The notes beneath the pieces were generated by a model. That model was not told the DNA's origin. It searched no databases and saw only the letters and a list, made by a program, of their open reading frames with translations. Below are positions 37,801-51,899 of a DNA stretch of 64,000 nucleotides, piece by piece. The first letter of the stretch is position 1. The number at the start of each line of letters is the position of its first letter. The stretch comes from Epiperipatus broadwayi (lineage: Eukaryota > Animalia > Onychophora), in NCBI GenBank assembly GCA_028023455.1, contig JAQFVV010000006.1:18786001-18850000 (forward strand), in the 5' to 3' direction. Both the position numbers and the translations under genes were made by a program.

Positions 37801-38958
37801 ACGTACACACACACCATTAACTGAAAAGCTGGATTATATATATCTGCATGTGAAAAATTTATGAAATAGTAATAAGAATTAGCCCTTCTTTAATATATGA
37901 TATTCATAAGACAAATGCAGCATTGTTTGTCCAGTAATTTTAATCCCTGGGCTTTCTTCCCCAATCGATTTTGCCAAATCCAAATAACTCTATAACATAC
38001 TTTTTATTTCGTCCATATTATTAACTACCGGTATCTATAAAGTACTCGTATTCTGATAGAAACTTAAATATTAAAAATGTTCTACATGATTTAATACATT
38101 GTTAGAGAGGGAACTGAAGGTCTGTGGATTGCTGCTTCATCTCTGTCAATTCCAGCATTTGAATTAACTCCCAAGCAATAAACCATTCAAATTTTTGAGG
38201 TGTTAATTTTAATATATATTGTTTATGCGTATTTTTTAATTTTATAAAATGGGGCGCAACAGCACTTAAACTCTTCTTTTTTTTTTTTCATAACTGTTTT
38301 AAAAACTTTTTTAAAAAGTTAAAAATTTTAAGTACCCCACCCCCCTCTCTATTTCCAACTTTCTTTCACTTGCTATATACTGTAACAGTTGAACACTAAT
38401 TTTTATTCTGTTCAAAATAACAAAAGTTATTAAGAAGCACAACAGAAATAAGGAAGAACTTGACTTATGTAAATCCAAGTTAGATTGTGTGTAAGCAAAC
38501 ATCCCATGCATGCATGTGAGCTTTTTGTGCTATTTTTCTTTTGGTGGTTTAATATTATTTTGTTGTTTTTGTTAATTCATTTAAAAATAACTGATGAAAA
38601 TATTCATATTATTGTTGTTGTTATTACAGTAATACTGTATATCAGATTAATCACATCAGTACTGAATTGTTTTTTTTGTTTTTTTAATTTTGTTTTTAAA
38701 TGAATGTTATATAGTTTTCTTTCTCAATATACATAATTTCAACAATCCACAATCTAAAAATATTAATAAAAAATTAGAAATCTATAAAAAAATAATAATC
38801 AAATTTTGCTTTAATTCCACAGGTACTGATATTGTAATTGCAAAACATCAAAAGAAAATCATTGCTGCTATCTTTTCTAGATAAGTGCAGTATCTTAAAT
38901 CTTCACATGATCACCATTTCCCATGCCTAAACAAGCTGTTAATACAATAGCATACTTT

Positions 38959-39207
38959 CTATACAATAGTGTCATCCAGCGGTGATCAATGGATGCAAGA
39001 AGGTTTGTGCCTAAAAGTTCTATCTAGTTCCTACTCATCCAATATCTAGGTGCAATGCTCTCAGATCCATGGCTCCTCTTTGATGAAAGCACAAACTAGA
39101 AACTAATCTGGAGATATTGGATGAGTAAGCACGAAATAGGCATTTTACACATAAACCTTCTTGCATCTATTAATTACTAAAACTTGCATTGAGTGACACT
39201 GCTATAG
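38959..39207. mobile_element. Fold-back MITE, ~250 bp
   Basis: Nested inverted blocks: TAGTGTCA/TGACACTG, GATGCAAGAAGGTTT/AAACCTTCTTGCATC, TACTCATCCAATATCT/AGATATTGGATGAGTA. Confidence 0.7.
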
Positions 39208-42040
39208 GGAGAATTTGCTACTGTATAACTTAAATTTTAAGAATTTAGTATCATTTTGTTTAATTGTATCCTGCATGTTACATAAGTCATTAAGTTTTTT
39301 TTTATATTTCATTGAGTGAGTGAGAGATATTTTAATGTCTAAAATATCTCACTACATATGTGTGTGTGTTTATAAAAAATATTTGCAGGGTTAGCTATAC
39401 TATCTGCATAATTTGGTATTTATATGAGGATTTAGAATCAAATGATATCAATATGGGAAGATAATTTATATTGCCTTTTTATTGTTTTGAGTTTACTTAT
39501 TTGTATTCTTAAGATTAATTAAAAAATTTAATTCATACTAAAATAATATTCTATATACTTTTACATGACATAATAGGATAATCCAGCATATAAATAAAGA
39601 CGTCAATGAGCAATTAATCGAATAGAAGTTAAATCAATAATTATTGAATATTTATCACAACTTTAAAAAGTATTTCACAAGAAATTTTCCATGTCAAAAT
39701 CTTATTAAATTTATTTACTGTTGAAGAACATATTATTGACTTCACATCAGATCTTTCTTGAAAGCATGTGTTGCAAGAATTTGGATGTTTGCAAGCTATA
39801 AATCCCAAAATGTGAAATTAGATTTTTTTTTTTACATTAACCATCCTTTAATCTAACTGCAGATCAAAATTAATTATTGAAAACGAAATGTACATTATTT
39901 TGAAAATATCTCTTTTTTTGATGAATTCTGCAATAAAAAATTAACATATTTACCACATCAATATTTTTCAAGAACAGAATAATATTCTAATTATTACAAT
40001 AATATGTTAAGTGAGAAGTTGCGAGTTTAAGAAATTTTGACAATTTATGCCGAGAGACCTTTCAGAACTGCCTTTTTGAAAATTCCAACTGAAATTTCAT
40101 TCTGCTATATCATATTTATTATTTGAAACTATGCATATTAATTTGCAGCTTTTAATTCACCCGTTGCTATACTATAATTTGCATATTTTCTTTTTATATA
40201 AATTTACAATATCAATCACTTTATCTTCATTGTTTGTTTTTTTAATGTTACTAGTATATGCTATTTAAAAAAAATAGTTAAAAATTATATATACACCCTC
40301 ATATTTGCCATTCTCAAAGTCAACATGGTAAAAGTTATAACTGCTACTTCAAAGTCATCTATTTGTTCACAGTAACTGTCTTTCAAAAGATTTTTTTTAT
40401 GTAAACCTTTGATGTGTGATATGTTTTGGTGAACACATTATGATTTCAATTAGAAGACAGAAATGGGTTTAGTTACACATAGAATACTCAGATCAGTAGG
40501 CATGCATAACAATCTCCAGCCATTTTTGTTTTAAAAAAAAAATGAAAACAAATTTGAATATATATCTTAAAGCAGTTAGTTTGAAATGACAATCTGATAA
40601 GAGAAAGAATAGTAATAAAAAAAGAAAGAAAATAAAATTAGTGTTAAGCTATTTAGTTGGTTTAAACTTCAAGATAATTAATTCATTTAATTTTGTTATA
40701 AATACAGAAATAATAGTTGTTAAAACAAAATACAAGTTTCATCTTAACTATGGATAGAAAATCTGGTCATAAGAAGAGTGGAAGTAGCACACATATTTAT
40801 TTGTTTTATTATAAAATATATTAGTAGTTCTAATGATTAATCTTGGTAATAAAAAATTAAAGAAAAAAATGATAATGTAAATTTTTTTTTATTTTCTTTT
40901 AATTTTCAATAATCAGTTTTATTTAATAGAATGTTATGTTGGAATAATTACAAAGGCTAGTGGAAAATTCTGGATTTTAAGAGTGTGTTATGCAAGGAAG
41001 GCAGCAAAGAGAAAAGTAGTGTAGAATTTTATATTGAAAAGTACAAAAAAGTTTGGTCTTCAGAACTAATAATAAAACAAAGACATTTTTTATTAAGAAT
41101 TTATAAATGAAATGAATTTCTAAACAAAAGGAAGAAAGATTACTGCCCTCTCATCAGCACCTCTCTCTCTCTCTCACACACACTTTAGAATTGATTTGCT
41201 ACTATGAAAATAATGCATAAAATATTAGGAGACACGAATTCACAAATAATTATTTCTGTCAGCAAACAATGCTATTAGAAACATTATTCTGGATTCCAAT
41301 GGGCGTAAAGAAAGAAGAATTCATACTGGAATAAACATATTCTATAAAAGAATAAAGTGATTCAGATGGTAACTTTATTTTATTACCAAATATTATTAAT
41401 GGAAAAGTTAATTTACTATACTTCTGAGCTTAGCATATGATAATAGCATTTTTCTTCTTTTTTTTTTTTTAATGATTGTTATTTTTGTCTCAAAAAAAAA
41501 AAAAGTTGAATTCAAAACATAACATAAAAAAATTATTGATTAAAAATAATGTTTTAATTAATTTTATGTGCATACATATTTGTCTATATGTGGCAGCTTT
41601 AAAAGAAATAATCAAGAATAACCATACATATTCAATGGTTTTGTACTTGGATTTTATTTTATGGTCTTTAAAATAAGCATTAATAAATGTAAAAAAAAAA
41701 AAATGTTTATAAATATCAATTTTTTAAAAAATAAATTCAAGTTTTCCATATATCAATAGTGAGATGGTGGAATAACAATATTATCCCTTGAGTAAAATCA
41801 ACTTTATTTCACGAAACTCTTCAGACATTTTTTTTAAATTTTTACATATATTGGTAAAAAGATATTTGCTTATCATGGCCTTATGATTTATTATTTACTT
41901 GATAATCATTAAAAAAGATACAACTAAAATTATATTAAGATCTTGGCATTTTATGTGTAAGTTAAACAGATGTATTATTGTTTGCACTGTGTAAGGCAAT
42001 AAAGCCAATTACTCGAGGCATTTATAAATTTAGATGATAA

Positions 42041-42132
42041 CAATCAACAGTCTCAATCTGCTGTTAAGGCAACCAACCACCTTTACTGTTAAAGGAGGTT
42101 GCCTTGACTACAGGTTGAGATTGTTTTGATTG
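42041..42132. other. 92-nt imperfect hairpin (pre-miRNA-like or tiny MITE)
   Basis: CAATCAA/TTGATTG, CAGTCTCAA/TTGAGATTG, AAGGCAACC/GGTTGCCTT and CCTTTA/TAAAGG, with a CTGT loop. Confidence 0.7.
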
Positions 42133-43471
42133 CTAATCCCATGTTAGCTTAGAGAAATGGTATTTTCCTTATATGAGGATCTTGATATGTACTAACCATA
42201 ATAATATTACAGATGAATATAATATTTTTTATATGTTAAGTAGAAGACAATGAAAGCAAAATGAGAAGTATGTTTTAATAGTATAAAGATGTTTTTAACT
42301 TTAAAGAGAATAAAATTAATTGATATGGCAAGGCAAATGTTCTATAGAATATCCGAAATATATTCATCCCATGTAATTTATAGTAAAAAGTTTTATAATT
42401 ATTGATATTAATTTGGAACAGTCATATAAAATTTTTTTATGAAAATCATATTGAAATATTTAACAAAGCAACATAGGTTAGAGATGATAAACAAAAATAC
42501 ATAAAGCGTAAATGGAATTTTATAGTCAAAATGATGTTATTGTTTTACAAATATCAATTATTTTTTTTGCACAAATTTAAGTAATGATACATGCGTTTAT
42601 TGCATATAGAATTAAATTTTTAGATGAAAATATAAATAAAAAAATTTAATATATATAAAATAAGAGTTTAGAATGTGATTGTATCAAGTATTTGTTTATT
42701 TATAAATAAAAATTCATATGACATTACAATACTAGTCACAAAAAACTAAACTTTACTAAAATTCTTTCACAACCATGGTTTCATCTACTTAATTTTTATA
42801 TATTTACATGTTTTGTTATGGTTTATTTATTTAGTTTATTAATTATTAATTAATTTTGTATTATATTTTATTCATGTATATTTTGTAATAAAATTATATC
42901 ATTGTTCAAATGGTAGTCATGAATTTTTATTCATTATTTTATTTTGGGTTTGATGAAGATCACTGAAGGTCATATGTTCTGATGTAAATTTTCATCATGT
43001 TTTGTTTTATTATTAAAATTCTGTAATTCTGGTATGCTTACTACAAGAGCTAGTGTAATATTGGGTAAGGAGATTTAGTATGAATATCCATGGGGTAGAT
43101 ATCCTGATTTTCATAGTGCTCATAAATTAGAAATGATTTCAAATTACAATAGAAAGATAATTTTTGATTCATAGATTAGATGTTTTTTGAGTAAATCAAA
43201 GTGAGTAGTAGGTAGACTTTTATTAGAATATATTCATACCATCACATGAAAGCTAATTTGGTGTAGCTATCATGTGGCATGGATTTATTCCAATTTTAGT
43301 TTTTTCTATTACATATGTACTCCTCCCACCATATGACTAACATTTTCAATCATGAGACCTAATTTGATCCCCAAAAATGGGACCACAATAAACTTATATT
43401 CTTGAGAGGAAAAAAGTGTATGTTTTGAAAATTATAACTACGGAAATAAGATATTTAATATGTTGATAAAT

Positions 43472-44667
43472 CTTCATCATCCTCAACCATTATCAATCCA
43501 CTGCAGGATGGTCTCTCCAAGTTCAATCCATCTCCAATCTTTAGCTTCTCTTCTCCACATCACCTCTGCACAGTTTCTTATTTCATTGATCCGTCTCACA
43601 TGTGGTCTTTTTCTGGGTCTTTTACAATCTCTTGAAATCCAGTTCAAGATTTCACTTGTCCATCTATTATCTCTTCTAACAATATGTCCAGCCCAACTCC
43701 ACTTCAATCTTTTAATTTTTTCAATGAGGTCAATAACACCTGTTTGTTCTCTTACCCATATATTGCGTTTTTGACCTCTTCTTGTTACCCTCAACATTGC
43801 ATCTCTCCATACTTCTTTGAGTGGTCTGAAGTCTTTGTATTGCTCTTCTATTAAGTGTCCAAGTCTCAGATCCATAAGTAAGAACTGGTAAAACATATTT
43901 ATTAAAAACCTTCATTTTCAAACACATAGGCATATTTCCTTTTAGTATCAAGTTATTGCTATCAAAAGCATTCCGATGAAGTTTAATTCTATGATTAATT
44001 TCATCCATTATGTTTCTATCTGTATTAATAATCTGATCAAGGTATTTGTAACTGTTAACTTCTTCTAACTCATCATAATCAATCTTTATTTTCATACATT
44101 GAGAAAATCCATTATACATTACTTTAGCCTTTTTAACATTTATCTTTAATCCTACTTTCATCTGATAACTCCTACAATATTTCATGCAGCTCTAAAATGT
44201 TATTTGCAAAAACAAATACATCATCTACAAAATCTAAATGACTTAAATAATCTCCATTTACTTTCACTCCTTTAGCTTCCCATTTTAATCCAAAATACTT
44301 TTTGCAGCACTGCTGTAAAAAGTTTTGGAGATATGGATACACCCTGTCTTACACCCTTCTCAATGTTGACTTTCCAAGTATCATTATGTAATCTAATTGT
44401 TGCTGTTGCATTTTTATAAATATTCTTTAAAATATGACAATATCCTGGATCTATACCTTGATGATCCAATGCTTTAATCACTGAAGAAATGTTTATAGAA
44501 TCAGATGCCTTTTCATAATCTACAAATCCAAAGCATAATGGCAACTCATATTCATTTGTCCTTTATATAACTTCTCTCAATACCTGGATATAATCTACTG
44601 TATTAAAACCAGTTTTAAATCCAGCTTGTTCTCTTGGTTGGTGGAAATCCATTGTTCTCTGTAGATG
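43472..44667 (-). mobile_element. 5'-truncated RTE-clade LINE (RT to 3' end)
   Basis: QPREQAGF; PLCFGFVDYEKASDSI; KGVRQGVSISPKLF; VLPVLTYGSETWTLN; LKWSWAGHIVRRDNRWT..WISRDCKRPRKRP; QWIDNG* followed by a GATGATGA tail. Confidence 0.92.
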
Positions 44668-47600
44668 AACTGAAAGTTGAAAAAGTCAAAAGTTTTGATG
44701 TTATTTTAATTTTTTGGGGGAAGTGGGTTGAGAAATAGTTTGTCTTCACTGAGACAAAAGATAGAGATGGAAGTTATTATTTTTTGTTTGTTTTTATTTT
44801 TAAAAAAAAGGTAATAACAATTTAAAAAATAAAAGTTAAAATCAAAAAAAAAAATCACCGTATAGCCACCCCCCCCCCTAAAAATGGAATCTTAAAGACG
44901 GAATAGAAAAAAAAAAAACCCTAAAAATGAAATATTAAAGACAGAGTAAAAAAATTAAAGGGATCAAAGAAAGTCGATGTATTAAAAAGATCACGGGCCG
45001 ATAACGTTACATTTTATTGTTTTAACACATAAACAATGCCATCAAACAGCTGTGACTGGCTATCAAAAGACTACCAAATTATCCAATAAAAGAAATGAGT
45101 TACTTTTAAAAGCAATAGCAGTTTGCATAGTAAATTAATCTTTTATTAAATGCTTTATAAATTATATATTTTAAAAATTATCCAATACAATATTGTAAAG
45201 AATTCTTAAAATATATTTTTATTATTTTTAATATAGACATTATATGCTAATATCTTGCAATTTTTGCGGTGAATAGCTAAAGTATGTTGCTACACAATTC
45301 ATGTATTATTCAGAGATGGTATTTCAGGCAACTTGGAGAGTGACTGGACATGCATATTGCAGTTACTGTTATTGTTAATAGTAATATTTGTTAATGAGTT
45401 TATCAATCAAACTATATATATAAGCATGAAAATGAATAAATAGTTATGCACTTAAGTCAATGCATAAAGAAAATCATTTATCTCATAAATTTACAATATT
45501 TTAACCGGGAATAGGGACATCATCAGATCACTGGAGATTTAATCAGTCTTATCTCCCCTCACTGTATATCAACACATTAATATTTATTAATTAAATTAGA
45601 AATGCATGATTCTTATCAATAGAATAAAATTTAATAATAATAAAACTTTTGGAAAAATATATATATTTAAATATATTATAACTTCTAAATAGAATGCCAT
45701 TAACAAATTCCATGAATCTAATCATTATTTGTAAATTATTATTATTTCTAATTAATCAACTTTATTACATGTTTTTGGGTTTTGACATGTCTTGGATATA
45801 TATATATATCAGAGTGTATGTTTAATTAATAATAGTAATTAGTTTATCATATGAGAGAGATATTTAAAATAAAATACTCAAAATTGATTATTCAATAGTA
45901 TAACTGATTGTAAAAAGTTAATTTTTTTTTTTTTGCAATATTGCTGTTAATAACTCGTGTTCTACTAATGCTAATGCGAGCTTATGTTACTAATGTGAGT
46001 GAAGCCATGGGTACAGCTAGTTTGTAAATAAAAATAAAATTAATCATCAAATGTTATTAGAAAAGAAAATATGGAAAGGAGTTCTCATAAAATGTCATTT
46101 ACTTCAGTGAAGAAAAATCCAAAAATGAACCTTTTTGTATCATATTTGAGTAATTTTTCTCAAATAGTTATGCTTGGACAATCATATTGCAAAATTTGGA
46201 TCTAATTTGCTTCCAAAAACTGTTTATAAATTGAGTATGCTTTTAAACAGACTTTTCAAATAAATGTTTTATTATTAATCTTGGCTGATGAAAACAACAA
46301 TATCCTTTGCAAAGTCTTTCCCAACTGGGTTTTTAACTCACAGCTTTTCTGGAAAAACAACATTAACACTGAAATCAATGCTAGTGTCAAATTATTGACT
46401 TAAGACAATAATATTCTGAAATGAAATGCAAGAAATGAAGGTTCATTTAGAGTTATGGCAACATTTGTGAGAAAGCCCTATGATAGTGTCAAAAATATTG
46501 TACAGCTTTGCTGAAGGCCAAGTTTTGAAACTCCAGGCTTTAGACTAATAAACATATAGATAAATCTGGCACTGATGTTACTTCATAAACTTTAATTATC
46601 TTCTTAAAATTAAAAAAGCTAAATATATGGATTTGATCTATATATTATGGGATTAATCGAAGATGGGTTTTTGAATGGTTACCATGAAATGACCTTCCTG
46701 AGAGAAACTTAATTTAAAATAGTTTAAAACTATCATTAAATTTGCAATAAATCTCTTGTGGAAAAATACTTCAATGATAGTCTCCTGTTAACGAATAATA
46801 ATTGTGATCAAACTTTTAATATTTTTAATACTGTATTGCAGAAATTAATGAATATCATTGTTATATTAACATATATACTCCTATTAATTTAGTAATATCA
46901 TATCCTGATGTGGGCGTGTTGCTATAGTTACAACCTGTTGGATAAGATTATTATTATTTTTGAGGGGTGGATGGTATAATTATTTGGAAAATTTAATATA
47001 GCAGTTATGCTTGGTTGCCTTCACCTGGTGTATATTCCGACTTCATTGTTCACCAGCTTTGACTTCTACCGCATCTCATTTTAAAGAAATGATGGTATGT
47101 GGGCTTTTGATAAATATTATTAGCTGTGCCCGCGTTGTATATATATAAATGGCATATGTTAGGTCAGAAACTGTTTTATATATTAGTATATATTTCAAAA
47201 CCTAATTAATATGATTAAGTAAAGTTTTTATAATATAAATGCGCGTTTGTTATGGAAGAAAAAAGCAATATTAGATTGTTTCTCTTGAAAATTCAGTTTA
47301 GCTCTATGCTGATTTACTTTATTTTAATGAAATGATGATATATGGGGTTTTGATAAATATTATCTGCATATACTAATGTTGTACATATATAAATACGCGC
47401 ATGTATTATGCTTAGGAAATGTTATTTATATTTTTAGTTTTAATTAATATATTAAGTAAAATTTTAATGATATAAATGGATGTTTATTATGAAAGAAATT
47501 TTATTTTAATTCCCAAAATTATTAATATAATTGAATAGTATGAAATAAAAATTTGAAATAATTTATTATTAATTAAGCTGTATTATTGGTGTCTTTTCAA

Positions 47601-48422
47601 GTTTATGTGCCTTTTTTTAAAATAAAAAAAATCTTATAATATATAATAATGACGTTAGTAATCTAAAACTTTATTGCTCGGGTCTTCATAAAAAGTTTGG
47701 GTATCGGAAATGACAGAATTCCAGGTTATCCAGAGCAACGGTGGTGATGAGAATAGTAGATTAGTGTTGTTAAAAAGAATTATGAATGCCATTCAGAATT
47801 TTATATATAAAAATATGTTTTATTTGTCTTTCATACAGATAACCTTAATACTAAACGGATATTAAATTTATGGTCATTAGTTTTCCTTTATTGTAAATCC
47901 TTAACTGATGTTTTTCTCTGCATGAATAGCTGTGGCAGCACGGTACTCGTTTAGCGATAAGTCAATTAGGAATAGTAATTCAGACTTTTTGCAATATTTG
48001 CCATATGGACACACAGACATATGAGGGTCGTTAATCAATATGTGTTATTTTTTTTATTTCAAGTTTTTGACTAATAAATATTATTTAAATTTCTCATCTA
48101 ATTCTGATACTTATAAAGTCCGTGAATTAACATGTGTTTTTTTTTTAAAAAAATTATTAAAGCTTAATATCATTATTTACATTTCTCATAATTCGCTTCT
48201 GTTGACAAAAAAATTTTTTTTATCTTCTTGTATCAACAAACAATGGAAAATTATTAACAATACCGCCATAATATTCTAATTTTGCTCAGAGAACTGACAT
48301 TAGTTATACAATTTATGTATTGTGATAAGAAGACTTGAAATATTTTAGTGGAAATGATACACCTAATCTTTTATTAATAACTAATACATGAATTATATAA
48401 TAAGTTGCTTAGAAGCAGTCTT

Positions 48423-48540
48423 GCATTGGTGGTCAAGAGATCAGCGCGACTGCCTTGCACTTGCAGGCAGTTGCCCGGGTTGCGGGTTCGCATCCCGGCC
48501 GATGCTATGACACTTAAAAAATAATAATAATAATAATAAT
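48423..48540 (+). mobile_element. tRNA-derived SINE or tRNA pseudogene with (AAT)n tail
   Basis: Acceptor stem GCATTGG/CCGATGC, A-box-like TGGTCAAGAG, B-box-like GGTTCGCATCC, T-stem CCGGG/CCCGG, then AAAAA(TAA)6. Confidence 0.7.
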
Positions 48541-48899
48541 ATGGTAGCAGTGAATCAAATGGATGCCAATCAAACTTTTAATCTATCTAGGACCAATGTG
48601 CAATTGTAGAATCTTCTTTAAAGATTACTCTGTTAAAACAAAATGACTTCTTGGTTTGTTAATAGCGCACAAATTCAGCTAAAAAATCTTTACTGGTTTT
48701 ACAATCTTACTACCATATTTTCAGAATGCTACAAAACATGGTTAATTCAATCTTTCCAGTACCTCCATGTTACACCTAGGCAGAAAAGAATATACCTCAC
48801 ATCTTATGATAAACTTAGCAAAATAATTGCATATTTACAACTAATTTAGTTTTATTAGCAACAATACCTCTTCACTTTCTCATATATTTTCAAGAGAAA

Positions 48900-51200
48900 T
48901 TCTCTTCACTCTTCTTTTAAATCATTCACTGTAATGAATAGCTGCCTGGTAATATAGTGCTGCACTGGCAACTTTTTCAGACAAATTTTGGTTTTCACCT
49001 TCATTTGAGGGGATTTAGAATGCCAATCTGGAATTAGTTTACTTATGCATCTGGAAGTCAGTTTTTATTTCTTTAAACAAGCTAAAAGCCCTGAAATTAA
49101 TATATATAAAGTCCAAGCAAATTCATTTAATTATATAGATCTGATGTCAGGTCCTCTTCTATATATATATTAGAAAACTGTTTATACCAGCCATAAGTCT
49201 CTTCCGTCTTTACTTAAGAAAGTTAATAGCAATATCAGATGACATTTTTCATGTTTTCTGTATTTTTTTAATTTATTCAAAGCAGAATCACATTGAAGTC
49301 TACATTAAACAAAACCTACCATTATAACCAGATATTTCAACTCTTCTTTTTTGACAGTCACTCTTCCCAAAAGTTTTTGAAGATTTTTCTTCTATCATTG
49401 GCTGATAAAACATCCATATTATTTAAACATTAATTATTAAAGGACTTTACCAACATTAAGAACATTGTGCAAATGATTATTTGATTTATCAAGAATAACA
49501 TTGCCATAGATGTATAAAAATGACTAGGAACTGAGAAATGATTTTTTGATTTGTCTTTAATTGGTTCAAATGAAAAACCCCACTCTTGTCATGTCTGTTT
49601 TATGAAGTTGCTGGTAAAACTATCCCAATGATTATCCTTTTCAAAATAGAAATAAGGTAATCTTTATCTTGAATTTTCTTTCATATCAATTACACTTCCA
49701 TGGACAAGCAGATTCTGTCAAACACTATAACCAAATCCAAAAACAGTATTTAAATCCTAACTTTGTTGCATTTATCTGGCAACAAACTGTATTGGTTTTT
49801 TTGCAACCACTTCAGTACAACTGGAATTGAAAATACTTTTTTTTAAAGCAAATTGTTAGAATAGATTCATTTTTATGATTAGTTAATACTTTTTTATGAA
49901 TACTTTAAAAATGCCACAAGTTTTTTGAAGTTTAGAACTATTACATCATTGCATAACTATATCTAGAAATCTCATGAGGAATTATAATTTTCTTGCTTTA
50001 AGATTACAAAGAGGTATTTTAGCTTTATCTCTCCAAATGAAAATAAATCAATAGGATGGTGATTACATTATTAACTGCTGCCATCTATGCTTTATCAAAA
50101 TACTTTTTATATCTATTCAAAATATTATTACTATTTAATTGAGTGTAATTCACTCAAATTCATATATAACTTTCATCGCATTTAGAAAAAAAAAATTAAA
50201 TGACTTATATATATACTTATTATGTAAATTTTAATCTTCTATTTATTTTTAAGCCTTTTTAATCACTGAACAATCCTTAAATTGTTTGTGACATTTCAAG
50301 CTCAAACTGACAACCTTCCATCTTCCTTTAATTAAATCCTTTATGATATAATCATTGTCAGAGAAACAGAATTTGCTTTCTAGCACATCCAAGAGCAGAT
50401 TTACTTGTACTCACAAACACATTCCTTAAGAGAATTCTGAGTCTGGTAACAACTTTAGTGACATTGATAGTTTTATTATTTAAAACTTAGCATGAGCAGT
50501 AATTTCTTTTAAAATGGGAATATCAAATTCTCTGCAATGAAAATTGAGAAGAAACTTAATTTTTAATATCAATATCATTTTAACCATTGTGAAATGTTAT
50601 TAATTTATGATTTGTCCAATGCACCTGTATCTATAAATACTCGTGTAATATTGACTTCTTTCACATTCTGATTTCTAACTAAAACATAAACATTAGAATA
50701 TGTTTTGAAGTTAATTCATCTATATTTCTTTATAGTAATTTTTTTTGTCTAAACCTAGCTTCATAATAGTCAATCCATTTGTTGTACAAAAATTTAACAT
50801 CAACAGACTAAGTTCAGTGTGCTAATATTAATATCTTCAATAATTCTGGTTACATGATTAATGTATCTGCCATCACATGCATTAAAGTATCCAGAAGAAA
50901 AAGTATCTTTTATTGAAACATTCTTTGTATGAACATTATTGCATGTATAATACAACTTTTGTATAATTAGCCAATACAAAATATTAAACCCCATGGTGAA
51001 TCTAACAGTATCCAGTTTCACTTAAATTGCTCTTCCAAAAATAAAAGCTTATTGCTATCTATCTCCTTTGCGAGATGAGTTTGGCATTCTTTAGTTGCAT
51101 GCACTATTTCACTATGTTACTTGTATTCAGAAAGTGGTTTGAAACACTTCTTTATCACTGCTATAAAAGAGATGTGTGAGAGTGATAGCACAACTGTATA
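48900..51200 (-). mobile_element. Possible heavily decayed ZMYM1/THAP12-type hAT transposase
   Basis: Weak motifs in the expected order: NWILLDSPWGLIFC (TTF-finger-like), FCTTNGLTIM (cf. FCxRQxLxLRG), VQVNLLLD (cf. IQNELI), ELKYL...CRxxxDSAL (cf. LKxLSxTRWxCR). No TIR found. Confidence 0.3.
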
Positions 51201-51899
51201 ACTTAGTTTCACCTTTAATTAAAACTTAAACATTTTTGCCCCTTCCAATCAGGCTTAGTTTTTTTTTTTTTTCATTCAAATACTGGCAAATGATTAACCC
51301 ACCTAATCATCCAATATAAATAAATGGAATCTAAATATATTTGGCTAGAGGATAAAAGTAAGATGGGAAACTACTCAAATTCTTTTTGTTCAGAAATTAG
51401 AAACCTAATAAATATTGTCTTCCCTATGAGATGTTGTTGGAGGGGCAATTTAACTTTTGTTTTACTTTACCTATCACTATTTTTTATCATTTCTTTTAGT
51501 TATTTGTTGCTAGATATAGTAAGATAGGCTATTTTTAGATATGACAACAGTTATTTTATTGATATTGGAAACCAGACAATAACATCAAATATTGTATCCT
51601 ACAATTCATTATTCACATATGAAGATTATTTCATTATAAATTAATTATTGATACCATAATTTCATCAATAACCATAATTTCATCAATAACCTCTTTTGAG
51701 CATCTACATATAGTTGTTTAACTAAATTGTTATATATGTTTTGCATGTATGAAATTTTAATTTTAACATTTTTTCTCCCCTTTTTTTAAAAATAAAATTA
51801 ATTTAATATATCTAAGCAGGCTTTCATTCCTTATTGAAATCGTATGAAGATGTTTTCTTTTTTGTAAATACATGACCAAACACTTTCCAGCAACTGCAG

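Noticed and set aside
43236-43290. Short hairpin CACATGA/TCATGTG plus AGCTA/TAGCT
   Set aside because: Too short and weak to distinguish from chance in AT-rich DNA.
45940-46800. Coding-like tract with a faint hAT-like motif (CKVFPN..SFSGKT)
   Set aside because: A single weak motif; not assignable.
47095-47500. Diverged ~245-bp duplication with a Helitron-like TAGCTGTGCCCGCG
   Set aside because: No matching Helitron 3' hairpin/CTRR end found.
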